Part shown: positions 38,230 to 49,611 of the stretch, one piece after another
Numbering within the stretch: the first letter of the stretch is position 1
How the letters are laid out: each line of letters begins with the position of its first letter
NCBI GenBank assembly: GCA_043228905.1
Contig: JBHGNT010000003.1
Location: 19,034,001-19,098,000, forward strand
Direction: 5' to 3'
From: Azolla caroliniana
Taxonomy: Eukaryota > Plantae > Polypodiophyta
Length of the DNA stretch: 64,000 nt
The notes under the pieces: generated by a model
What the model was told of the DNA's origin: nothing
Database searches by the model: none
The model's input: the letters and a program-made list of their open reading frames with translations, nothing else
Translations under genes and position numbers: made by a program

Positions 38230-39516
38230 TCATTGTTCACCCAAATTGTCCAAAATACTTTGTTCCAGAGTTTCCACTTGTTCTTCCGGTTGTGGTTGCT
38301 GCGGCTGTGCTTGCTGCTGCTGCTGTGGTTGCGGTTGGGACTGAGGCTGCTCCGGCTGCTCTATAGGCGGCTGCTCCGTTTGTTTCTCTGACTCCGGCAT
38401 CTCCGTTTGACTGCTTCCGGTCCGGTCTCCTTCCAGTAACGGTTCCTCATCACTGAGGTTGACCGTAACCGGTTCTCGTGCTTTCTCTTCCCGGATCCGG
38501 GACCTCTCGTAGCTTTCAAACTGGATCTGCGCCTCCAGCCTGTCGTCGTCCAGCTGAGCTACAAGTTGCCGGACTTGCCCTAGTTGGTCCTCTGCCAAGG
38601 CTTGAAAGTCTTCGGCCAGCTCATCTCTTATGCCGGTGAAGTCTTCGGAAGTCAGCATATAGCAATCATCTCCCTCCTTCCGCCGGTTCTCTACGTCGGC
38701 CCGGAGCAATTGGAGTTCCGCCGCGTTCGTGGCCCACTTGGTCCACCATTTGACGGAACCGTTGTCAATCAAGCTCTTGGTCTGGTTCAACCAGGCCCGC
38801 ATGATATCCTGGATGCGACTTGCTCCCATTTGCGCTCTACTTTCCACAACTTGTCGTTCCTCCTTCAACTGCTTGATGAGATTCGCCGTATCCTCCGCCT
38901 GCTCTCTGTAGCGCGTCAGCTGCCCTTGATATGTTGTCTGCAGCCTCTGCAGTACCTCCGCCGCTCTTTCTTTTTCCGCCTGCTGTTGCCTGAGGAGCTC
39001 TGTCCGAACCTTCTCCGCCTCTTCCAACCGTCTTCTGGTTTCCGCTTGTTCATTAGCGTATGCCGTTGTGGTCCGATCAACTGCTTGCCGGAGCTCATCC
39101 GTCCGTTCCTTGTGCTCCGTTTGCAACCGTTTATACTCCCGGTGCAAGTGCTCAAATTCCTCCGTTTTTTGTTTGAGCTTGCCGTTGATCTGGCGATGGT
39201 TCCGGTCCTCCCGGTCCTTTAGCTGCCGGAGTTCCTCTTTCAGGCGCTCTATTTCTGTTTCGGCGTTTCTCCGGAGCCTGTCCTTCTCTTGCAGCATTTT
39301 CTCCTTTTCCTCCTTGAGCCGGTCGTACGCTTGGTGGCCTTTTCGTAAACTCTCCTCGGCCCGGCGTAGATTCTCAGCAGTCTTTTTGAGTTCTGCCTCC
39401 GCTGCCGTCTTCAACTCTCTTTCGCGGCTCCTCAGCGCTTCTTGGGCAGCTAGCTCATCCTTTAAGTCCGCAAGCTCTTGGGCTTGTGCCGCATTTCTCT
39501 CCGGAACGGTTTCCAT
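38230..39516 (-). CDS. Extra ORF of element D: ~428-aa coiled-coil protein of unknown function
   Basis: Uninterrupted ORF between integrase and the 3' LTR, same strand as pol. First ATG at 39516. E/K/R/Q-rich heptad pattern, VKWWTKW segment, Q/P/E-rich tail, no obvious transmembrane helix. Confidence 0.8.
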   Translation of the reverse strand: METVPERNAAQAQELADLKDELAAQEALRSRERELKTAAEAELKKTAENLRRAEESLRKGHQAYDRLKEEKEKMLQEKDRLRRNAETEIERLKEELRQLKDREDRNHRQINGKLKQKTEEFEHLHREYKRLQTEHKERTDELRQAVDRTTTAYANEQAETRRRLEEAEKVRTELLRQQQAEKERAAEVLQRLQTTYQGQLTRYREQAEDTANLIKQLKEERQVVESRAQMGASRIQDIMRAWLNQTKSLIDNGSVKWWTKWATNAAELQLLRADVENRRKEGDDCYMLTSEDFTGIRDELAEDFQALAEDQLGQVRQLVAQLDDDRLEAQIQFESYERSRIREEKAREPVTVNLSDEEPLLEGDRTGSSQTEMPESEKQTEQPPIEQPEQPQSQPQPQQQQQAQPQQPQPEEQVETLEQSILDNLGEQ

Positions 39517-39556
39517 TGCCGGGGTCTGATTGCTATGTACAGGTTGATCTGACGCT

Positions 39557-42297
39557 TTATTCTGTACATTGCCCGGAGTCACCGGTGCTTGGACTTGGCA
39601 TCGGTCCTTTATAGGGCTTTAGTCTAAATCCGTTGACCCACTTGCCTAGCACTTCACCGGCAAGTGTCCCTAACTGATAGGACCCGTTGTATTCCCGTGT
39701 CAGCCAATACGGGCCTGTCCATCTAAACCGGAGTTTACTCGGCATCTTGCCCATCCTCGTTTGGAATACTAGCACCGGCTTTCCGATTTCGAACATCTTT
39801 TCATTACCTTTCCGGTGACGGTCAACGAACGCTTTCTGTCGTCGTTGCTCCAGTTCCATGTGTAGGATGCTGGCCAGCCGTTGCTCCTCCAGTTCGCATA
39901 GTGTTGCTAGCCGCATTTCTTCCGACTCCTTTTCATTCAGCCGTTCCCGTAGTTGGATCCGTAAGCTTGGTACCTGAAATTCCACCGGCATGACCGCCTC
40001 TAAGCCGAACGCTAACCGGAACGGCGTTGTCCGAATACTTGTTTTGTATGCCGTCCGGTACGCCCATAGCGCGCTATGGAGCTTTGTATCCCAGTCCGTC
40101 CGGTTTTCATTGACGATTTTGCGGAGAATGTTCTGCAGCGTTTTGTTGGTGGACTCTGCTAACCCGTTCGCCTGTGGGTAGTACGGTGTGCTCCGTTTAT
40201 GGACCACGGCATAGAACGTTGTTAAGCTTTCAACTACCTGGCCGAGGAAGTGCCCTCCTTGGTCGCTGATTAATTCAATCGGACATCCATATCGGCACCA
40301 AATGTTCTCGTACAGGAATTTTGCTGTGGATGACGCGGTATTGTCTCTCAAGGCCTTAGCCTCCACCCATTTAGTGCAATAATCTGTTGCCACGATGACA
40401 TAACGATTACCTGTTCTCATTGCCGGTGGCTTGAACGGTCCGACAAAATCCAACCCCCACTTCTGGAATGGCTCTAGTGGAAGTACCGGTTGGTGTGGCA
40501 TCCGTGCTTGCTCCGTAGGCTGGCCCATTCGTTGGCATAGGTCACATTCCTTAGCATACTTGACGGCGTCTTTTAACGTCGTGGGCCACCATAAGCCGCT
40601 CTGCCATACTTTCCTTGCCGTCGCTTCCCTGGCATAGTGTCCTCCGGCAACCCCACAGTGTGCTTCCCGTAAGATTACTTGTTTCTCGTCACTACGGACT
40701 GCCCGTCTCCATATTCCATCTGCTCCTTTGTGGTAGAGAGTGTCCTGTAACAGACAGAAATTGCGGCTCTGCACCGCCAGTCGTTTCCTCTCGTCCCGGT
40801 TCATTTCCTCCGGTGGCAGGCCCGTGCTTAGGAACTGGTGCATGTTTGTCAGCCACCTATCTTCTGATGCCACCGTGTCGTCCGCTGCCGTTTCCGGGGT
40901 GATACAGAATAACTTTGCGTCCGGGAATTCATCCGCTACTCCGTCGCCTGATTCTCCGGACTCTAACCGGCTCAGATAGTCTGCTACGGCATGCTGGATA
41001 CCGGGCCGGTGGAAGATCTCGAATTCGAACTCCTGCAACAGCAAGGTCCAATGGGCCAACTTACCGGTCAGGGACGCCTTGGACACTAAGTACAGGAGCG
41101 CCGAGTGATCCACATGAAAGGAGAACTTCCTTCCCAATAGGTAATGACGAAACTTTGTGACACTGTAGATCATGCCTAGGGCCTCCCGTTCCGTCGTCGA
41201 ATAGTTCTTCTCCGCTTGGGACAGCTTCCGGCTGGCGTAATATACCGGCCGGTACCATTTAGGCTCCGTAAGTTGCATTAAGGCGCTGCCGATAGCGATA
41301 TCGGAAGCGTCAACGAACACATGAAATTCCTTGCTCCAATCCGGAGGCTGCACGACGGGTGCTTGCGACAAAAGTACCTTCAGGGCATTGTATGCCTTAT
41401 CCTCCGTATCCGTCCATTGAAACGGTGTCCGATGTACCGCGGTGTGTAATGGTGTAGCCAAGTCAGCCAAGTGACGGAGCATCCGGCTGTGCCACCGGAT
41501 CTGTCCTAAGAATCGGCTTAGTGCTTTGGCCGTTTTCGGCGCCGGTGCCCCTAGTATCGCGTTTACTTTGTCCGGGTCGACCGCAATGCCCTCCTTACTT
41601 ACAATGTGTCCCAGTAAGATTCCACTTGAAACTCCAAAGATGCATTTTGCTGGGTTTAAGCTTAGCCGGTATAACCTACACTTTTCAAGGCATAACCGTA
41701 GGTGCTGCAAATGGTCTTTTCCCCGGCTATAGACTGCAAAATCATCCAGGAAGACCTGCATGAAGGCAGGAATGTATTCGCCGAAGATCTCCATGATGAT
41801 TCGCTGGAAAGTTGCTGGTGCCGTTTTTAGGCCGAACATCATTACTTCGGCCACAAACACCCCCCATTCGGTGACGAACGCTGTCTTCTCCTGGTCGTCG
41901 GGGTGCATCCGGATTTGATTGTATCCGCTGAACCCGTCTAAAAAACTATAAACTTCATGGCCGACGACGGCATCCAATACTCCATCTGTGAACGGAAGAG
42001 GGAATGCATCCGTGATTGTGGCGGCATTTAGTTTCCTGTAATCTACACACACGCGGATTTTACCGTTCTTCTTGGGGACGACGACGATGGGGCTCAGCCA
42101 CGTCGCTTTCTTTACCGGCCGGATGAAGCCCACTCTTAGGAGTTTGTCGATTTCCTCCTTCACTTTGGCGGCGTAGTTGGGGTTCATTCGGTAACGTCTT
42201 TGCGCCACTGGTTTCGCGTCCTTGCCTAAGTGGATCTGATGCTGATATAATTGAGGGTCCAACCCTCGCATGTCTTCGTATGACCAGGCGAATACGT
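39557..42297 (-). CDS. Element D pol, RT-RNase H-integrase part (stop-free; separated from protease by element E)
   Basis: RVCVDYRKLN, FLDGFSGYNQI, VFLDDF, FVDASD, HCGVAGGH..CDLC, WGLDF, PYYPQANGLAE, WTGPY. Confidence 0.95.
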
Positions 42298-43164
42298 TGT
42301 CGAGATATTTCGCAAGTGCGTGTGGGAACGAGGCGGGACCGCGGGGGTCTCGAACCAAAGAGCAAGCGAGGGAGGAGAAAGAGAGAGAACCTGCTACGCA
42401 GGACCGGGGATACACAGGGACACGGCCCTTCAGCACGGAGAACGCGAACAGACACCGACACAGACAGATGCGAACGACTAAATACGTATATTAACAAAAT
42501 GGCTAACACAACTACAACCCTCGATGGGGCACAGGTTGGTTACAACCGAACAGGCCGGCGAACAGATGCCGATGCCTGTTCGCTTCGACGCAAAAAGGGG
42601 GGGGGTAGCAGGTCGGAGGTGCTGCCGGAAGCACTCGGGCGTTCCTCGAAACAGCGCGAGCCTCCTCGGAACCCTGCACAGAAAGCTATGGAGCTCAAGA
42701 AGGAAGGGAACAGAGAGAGAAGCGTCCAGAAACGGTCCGACAGCACTTCGTCCTCTCTGCGCGAGATGCCTGCAACAGCTCTTTCCTCCCCCTTATATAG
42801 GCCGACGAGCAGGCCGTCATGTCAGCTTTATTCCCTGTCCCTTTCGAACAGGGATCCGCTCCGTTCTTCACGCATCCGCGTAGTTACGCCGCCGACTCGT
42901 GCAGTTCCTTAGCTCGCGCGCGCGACCGAAAAGACTGTTCGCGCGGTCTTTGTCTCCACTTGTGTTAGGGCCCGTTCCTGCCGATTATCCTCCTAATTCG
43001 CTTCTATGTACAACTTGGAGCGTGCGCGCGTGAAGAACCGGTTCCCACACCTTGGTGCGCCGATTCCGCTTATGGACGGTTTTCTTCACGACATCCGCCC
43101 CCACCTAACCGCGCATCCTCCGGTATGCGCCAAGAGAGTTGGGACGGAGAAAACCGGCCCGTCT

Positions 43165-46100
43165 TCATTCCTCGCCCGTCGGTTCTTCTTCGTTTTCGGA
43201 TCGTTCGTCACTGCTGACTAGGAGAGCCGGGTCTGGCTCGTCGTCGTGTCGCTTCTTGAACGCTTTGATCCGCTTCCCTGCAACCGGTATCGCCATTCTC
43301 GTGCCGTCGAGTTCCGCCAGGTGATATGTCCCGTTGTCATTGGCGCTCCGTACCACGTAAGGCCCGAACCACCTTTGTGCGAACTTCCGTGTAGCTCGGT
43401 GCTGGTTGTCGAGGCTGCTGTCGTAGACAAGCACCCAGTCACCTTCTTCGATTTTCTTCGGTCGGAGCCGGTGCGTTCGGTCGAACCTGGCTTTGTTCTT
43501 CGTCCTCGCCACTCGGAGCTTCTCCGCAGCCAGTTCCACGTCCTCCGGTCTCCGCTCGAGCTGTCGTATACGCGCGGCCAACAAGTCCTCCCGGCTCATC
43601 TCGTCCCTCCAATCGACCGTTGCCCATGAGGAGATCGTCCGTTCCATCGGCATGATCGGCTTCTGGCCGAACATAAGCTCCGTCGGCATGTACCCGGTTA
43701 CCGAACTGTGCGTGGTCCGGTCTGCCCACAAAGCATAAGGTAGCAGCCGCGGCCAGTTACCGACTCGGCCTCCACATGCCCGAACCAACGCCTTGACGAT
43801 CGGTCCGTGTCCGCGCTCCACCTTTCCATTCGCCTCCGGATTGTACGCAGTGGTGAGCGAGAGCTTGACTCCCAGCCGGTCGAACAGCTCCGCGGCTTCT
43901 TCGGCGTCCAACTCCCCTCGGTCAGCCACGATCTTCCCGACGCACCCGTACCGGCATATCACGTCCTCGATTAGGAACCGACATACGGCCGCGGTCGTTT
44001 TGTTCGGAAGGGCCCGGCCTTCCACCTGGTTCGTCAGATCCTCCCGCGCTAGGACTAGGTACCGCATCTGTCCTACTCCCATTGGCATCGTTACCAGATC
44101 AACCATCCATTTGAAATGGATGGCCGGAGGGTACGTAGGGTGAAGCTCGTCTCGATGTCGGACTATGGAGTGCATCTGACAGCTCTCGCAAGTTGTCACG
44201 AACCGATGCACGTCCTGGTATTGCCCCGGCCACCAATACTTCCCCTTCAGTTTCTCAAACGTAGCCCATGTTCCACGGTGTCCAGCCCAAGGGCTGTCGT
44301 GGTAGGCCGCTAGCAGCTCCTCCCAATCTTCCTTCATTGCCACCACCCGGAGCGGGACGCCGTTCCTCTTCTTCGGGTGCTTCCACAAGTATCCATCCCG
44401 GAGAAAGAACCGGTATGCTTTCTTCCGGATCCGGTTGGCCTCGTCCTTCGTCCATGACGCATCGGGCGTCATTGTCTTCAAAAACCCACCGATCTGCAGC
44501 CACTCCCCGTCGTACTTGCTCGCGTCGAAGTCGCTAAGCGCCGGAGTGCTTGTTCCGTCGGTTGTTACATACGCAGTCTCGAAGAAGTCCACGCCGACCT
44601 CTTCGTCCTCCGAAACCATGCCGCCCTCGTCATCGAATCTCGCCCTTGAAAGCATGTCGGCTATGGCGTTGTCTTTCCCGGAAATGTGTCGTATTTCCGG
44701 GTCCAAGGACTTGATGTATGCTATCCACCTGAGCATTTCCAAGTCCGGCGTCGCGCATCCGGAAACCATGCCGAGAATCGGCATGCAATCCGTCTCTATG
44801 ATTACCTCTGTCCCGATCAGATAGTCCTTGTCGGCCTTCACCGCCGAAACGATACCCCAGAGTTCGCGTTTAACCTGGGCGTATCCTCGCTGCCGCTCAC
44901 TGAGGACCTTCGCGCCAAATCGGATCGGAAACCGATTGCCGTCCTCGTCTTATTGGTTGACGACCCACCCGATTCCGGTCGGACTCATGTCAACCGTTAT
45001 GTACACTGGGGTGCCCTTCCTGTAGACGGCCTTTCGGAGTGCCGGTGCTGCCGAAAGAGCCTCCTTCAGCTTCCGGACCAACTCCGTGTGCTTGTCTAGC
45101 CATTCGAATCTTCGCCCTTTCTTCAATAATCCGTATAGCGGCTCCGCAACGTGGGCGTAATGCGGGATCCATATGTGGTAGAATGCGCATGCCCCCAGGA
45201 ATCTCCGTACTTCCGTGACCGAGCTACAGTCGGGCTTCATCGCGGAGATGGCTTCTACCTTTGCCGGAGACGGTTTCCGGCCATATGGCCCACATAAGTG
45301 TCCGACCACCATGATTTCCGACTGCCCGAAGGCTGATTTCTCCCCCGAGAAGGTGAGCCTCGCATCCTCTAGCCTTTGCAGCACCTTCTCGCAGTCGTCG
45401 ATGTGCGTCATCACGAATCGCCGGCATCCGTCCGGCCCGATCGTCTCGTCCTTCTCTTCTACCGGGCATCCCTTGATCGGGATGTCGTCTAGAAACGGCA
45501 TGGTGATGTCCGGGATGCAGTCCCTCAGCACCTTGTTCATTGCATTCACCATGTGGGCCACCGAGTTGGTCCCTCCTTGCGGCAGCGTACACATCCGCAC
45601 TAGGCCGAGGGGAGTTCGCATCGTCGTAATGTCTCTACTCTCCACGGCTAGCTGGAACTGGTCGTCCCCTGAGTATAGATCACCGACCGAGTAAATCGAC
45701 CTTCCGGCGAAGGCCTCCGCGAATTCGTCTATGGTCGGTCCGATCCCTGCGTTCCGAATGGTCACTCTATTGACCGGCTGCAGGTCCTGAATGAAGCGCA
45801 ACGATCCGTTTTTCTTTGGTACGGTAAACCATCGGTTTGAATACGGGGCGCTCGACGGCTCGAGAATGCCCATATCAACTTTCTGCTTCAACAGCTCCAT
45901 CAACTTCGGGATGTGAGCTCTCGGAACCGGAATTGGCTTGAGATTCCACGGTACATGCGGTACCGTGAATATCACCATCGGCTCTACGATCGTCGGGTCT
46001 ACGCACCCGATTTCCTCCAGTGAGAATGCGAAGGCTTTCCCGTGCCTTCCGAGCATTCTCCGAAACTGGTCTTCCTCCGCCGGTAGTAGGAACCCGCCCC

Positions 46101-47400
46101 CACCGATTTTGAGCTCCCGGAGCGACTCATTGGTGAAGGTGTGTCCTATGCAGGCCGGATCTCGTAAGCTGGGGTCCGATGCAACCCCTTTGATTCGCGA
46201 CTCGCTGCCCTCCGGTAAGGGCGCCGCAACTGGCCTCACCTTCCGGTCCACAGTCTTGTACTTGGTGCTAACTCGGGCCGTCCGTTCCGACTCGAGCCCT
46301 CGACCGAAGTCTGCGATGACTTTGTACATTTCTTCGGAACATACCGGTATCGTCCGGTCTTCGTTAAGGTCTTCTTCGACTACCTTCCCCAGCATTCCCA
46401 AGGTGTCGTCGAAGGAGACTGCCTCCACGGCTCCGTTGATTTCTTCGTCAGGGCCGAGAACTCCGCACGCTCGAAGTCTCCCCTCCGTCTTTGTTTTCTC
46501 TCGGCCGGCGATGCCGACCATCGTACATGCTCCGCTGTCGGAGAAGCAAAATTTCCTACCTATTGTACACGGTTTTATCGTACAGATGTGGGGTTTTCCC
46601 GGAGCATCCGGACTGTCGCGGCCCCACGCCTTGGCAGTCCTCTCTAAAAATCCTCTCGGTTTTCGGAACCGAGGGAGTCGCGGTTACGTTCGTGGTTCGG
46701 CCGTACCGTCAGAAACTGGACCGAATGGCGCCCGTCTTGGCTTTTGACCCTCGCGTAGGCCGAACCATTGTCCAGCACCTTGGTCTCCATTCGCGCCGCC
46801 GTGATGTACGGCTCTCCCAGTATGACCGGATGCGAAGAAGTCTCCTACACGAAGAAGTGCTGGTCAATCTCGACGTCGCCGATCTTGACTCGCACATTCG
46901 GACAGGCCCCGTGCAGTTCCTCGGTGGCGCGTGTTGCTGCCCTTATTTTCCACCCGTGCTTGGTGTTGATCGGCCATTTGCCCTTCTTATAGAAGTCCAT
47001 GGACATCAAATTGATCTCCGATCCGTGGTCCACCAAAGCTATCACCGGTTCCTGGACATCGCCGATCTTCACCGGGGTTTCCGTGGTCGCTCGGGCCCAG
47101 TGTGGTCTCGAATAGTGGCTTTCCGCCCACTCGTCTCCCAGCGCCATGTCGTCTAGGTGCATCGTCCGCACTTCCACCGGTCTTTCCAGTTCTGTCTCCG
47201 TTGACAGCCTCTTCCGTTTCACCAAGTCCACGATGGAGTCGTGGAACTCCTTCTTGGCGATTCCCAGCACCTCTCGTAACGACAGCTCCACCTTGCTGTC
47301 GAGGATCCGTTCCTCCAGGACCTTTCGTAAGTCCGTGGTCCTTTCTATCTCCGTCCCCAGACGGTACCCGCCCTTCTGGTGTTTATCTTGTGTACCGGCC
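43165..47400 (-). pseudogene. Element E pol (protease, RT, RNase H, integrase) with premature stops and frameshifts
   Basis: ALVDHGSEINL protease, RFIQDLQPVN / PQGGTNSVAH / PFLDD RT, HDSPWAGH..CESC, AYNPEANGKVERGH and WFGPY integrase. Stops at 46845 and 44950. Confidence 0.92.
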
Positions 47401-48771
47401 CCGCCGGCTTCGTCCCGTCGTGGCCCGGACCGGGTCTCGTATCGTTGTGAGGGCCCGGTCGTCCCGGGTTTTCCCCACCCGCTTCTCTTCTACTAGAGCC
47501 TCGTAGTTCTGGCAAGCGGCTTCCACGAAGCCCGTCTTTTCCTCGACCGGGTCGCTCCACCCTGTCATCTCCCGTACCCGTTTCTCCGCACGGTCCGATT
47601 CCTCCCCTTTAAGCCTTGCACCGGCAAGGCCTTCCAGCATCGTCGGCCAGAATCCGGCTTTGCTTTCCCTTCGGGCCTCGCCGCCCCCGACTCGAATGCC
47701 GGCCGACGCCGAGTAGTGGACGGTTTCCGCGTGTCGGGCCGCCGCCTCTTCCATCAACCTTTTCATACCACCTCGCCCGTCGTTTCGGCTCAGTGCCCTT
47801 CGGGTGTCGCTGGCATGCACCCGTCCTTCCCACAGGTACACCACCCTGTTCCTCAACGCCTCCGCGAAGTCGCCGCAGTCCTTCCGAATGTGGCCGACTT
47901 CATCACACCACATGCACCTGTTTCCTGCCGCCGGCCGTCGGTCACGAGCCGGTTCGCCACCTTCCCTTTGGGCCTGCGCGATTTGGAGGTCCTTTATCGC
48001 CCTCGTCAATTCCTCCAGCGCCGCTCCTCCGGTTGAGCCTTTGACTACGCCGGTCGAAGCCGAACCGGTTTCCAACCACTCTCGGGTCTCTTCCTTTCGC
48101 ACCTGTGGCGCTGGTTCGAGCTTCCTTGCTGCGACCGAGCCCGACCCGGTTGCCTCGTTATCCGCCCATTCTCGCCGTTTGTCGAAACGGCCACAGACTT
48201 TCTTGACAGCCGCCCAGTCGGTAGTGAGCCCATCTTCGGTTTCCAGCAAGAGGCCCACTTGCTCCCGATCCCGCTCGTCGACCGACTTGACAAACAGCAA
48301 GACCCGGCTCGTGTCCAGGATGGTTCGGTCGAGCGCCGAAAGGCGCGCAAAGTTTTCCTCGAACTCCCGGAGGAGTGCCGACGCGTTCCTTCCCTTCCCC
48401 GGGGACTCCACCCATTCCATGAACCTTCGCTTCGAAAGCCGGAGCGCGTCGTCCAGCCCGTATTTCTCTAGGAGCCGACCTTCGAACTCCTCCCAGGTAC
48501 GGCTCTCCGCCCGCACCTCGAGCACCTCCGCATGGATGCTCGGCATCGCCACTCGGGGAAATCCGGCAAGACGCCTTTCTTCCGGAATGTCCCGCATCAG
48601 CATCTCTGCACCGTAGGACGCCAAATACTTCGTGGCATCCTTCCCATCGAACCGGCCGATCGTGCCGACGACCGCCTCAATAGCTCTGTCGAGGGCACCG
48701 GTGCCCTCGCGCGCGTTTACAATCCGATCCACGGCCGAAGCCATGGCCTCTGCAAGATCCGACCCCCTCAT
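47383..48771 (-). CDS. Element E gag
   Basis: First ATG after the PBS at 48771. GRFDGKDATKYL and a CMWCDEVGHIRKDC zinc knuckle. Confidence 0.88.
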   Translation of the reverse strand: MRGSDLAEAMASAVDRIVNAREGTGALDRAIEAVVGTIGRFDGKDATKYLASYGAEMLMRDIPEERRLAGFPRVAMPSIHAEVLEVRAESRTWEEFEGRLLEKYGLDDALRLSKRRFMEWVESPGKGRNASALLREFEENFARLSALDRTILDTSRVLLFVKSVDERDREQVGLLLETEDGLTTDWAAVKKVCGRFDKRREWADNEATGSGSVAARKLEPAPQVRKEETREWLETGSASTGVVKGSTGGAALEELTRAIKDLQIAQAQREGGEPARDRRPAAGNRCMWCDEVGHIRKDCGDFAEALRNRVVYLWEGRVHASDTRRALSRNDGRGGMKRLMEEAAARHAETVHYSASAGIRVGGGEARRESKAGFWPTMLEGLAGARLKGEESDRAEKRVREMTGWSDPVEEKTGFVEAACQNYEALVEEKRVGKTRDDRALTTIRDPVRATTGRSRRGRYTR

Positions 48772-49611
48772 CTTCTGCTCTTCTGCCGCCTCCTTCACGT
48801 CGGGTTCACCAAAGATGTCGAGATATTTCGCAAGTGCGTGTGGGAACGAGGCGGGACCGCGGGGGTCTCGAACCAAAGAGCAAGCGAGGGAGGAGAAAGA
48901 GAGAGAACCTGCTACGCAGGACCGGGGATACACAGGGACACGGCCCTTCAGCACGGAGAACGCGAACAGACACCGACACAGACAGATGCGAACGACTAAA
49001 TACGTATATTAACAAAATGGCTAACACAACTACAACCCTCGATGGGGCACAGGTTGGTTACAACCGAACAGGCCGGTGAACAGATGCCGATGCTTGTTCG
49101 CTTCGACGCAAAAAGGGGGGGGGTAGCAGGTCGGAGGTGCTGCCGGAAGCACTCGGGCGTTCCTCGAAACAGCGCGAGCCTCCTCGGAACCCTGCATAGA
49201 AAGCTATGGAGCTCAAGAAGGAAGGGAACAGAGAGAGAAGCGTCCAGAAACGGTCCGACAGCACTTCGTCCTCTTTGCGCGAGATGCCTGCAACAGCTCT
49301 TTCCTCCCCCTTATATAGGCCGACGAGCAGGCCGTCATGTCAGCTTTATTCCCTGTCCCTTTCGAACAGGGATCCGCTCCGTTCTTCACGCATCTGCGTA
49401 GTTACGCCGCCGACTCGTGCAGTTCCTTAGCTCGCGCGCGCGACCGAAAAGACTGTTCGCGCGGTCTTTGTCTCCACTTGTGTTAGGGCCCGTTCCTGCC
49501 GATTATCCTCCTAATTCGCTTCTATGTACAACTTGGAGCGTGCGCGCGTGAAGAACCGGTTCCCACGCCTTGGTGCGCCGATTCCGCTTATGGACGGTTT
49601 TCTTCACGACA

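Larger units (their letters stand above)
42298..49611 (-). mobile_element. Element E: youngest Ty3/Gypsy, tRNA-Trp-primed (Phygy-like by inference); LTRs 42298-43093 and 48816-49611
   Basis: 796-bp LTRs with ~6 transitions by hand comparison. Perfect 4-bp TSD ACGT. 18-nt PBS TGGTGAACCCGACGTGAA (48811-48794). PPT AGGTGGGGGCGGA next to 43093, with the pre-LTR sequence shared with element A. Confidence 0.96.

Noticed and set aside
42298-42436. Shared 46-aa N-terminus of the 959-aa and 523-aa ORFs
   Set aside because: It comes from LTR sequence with a GTG start and is an ORF-caller extension, not part of native gag or pol.
48794-48811. tRNA 3'-end sequences as tRNA genes (also 38180-38196 and 52671-52680)
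   Set aside because: Only 10-18 nt including CCA, adjacent to LTRs. They are primer-binding sites, not genes.
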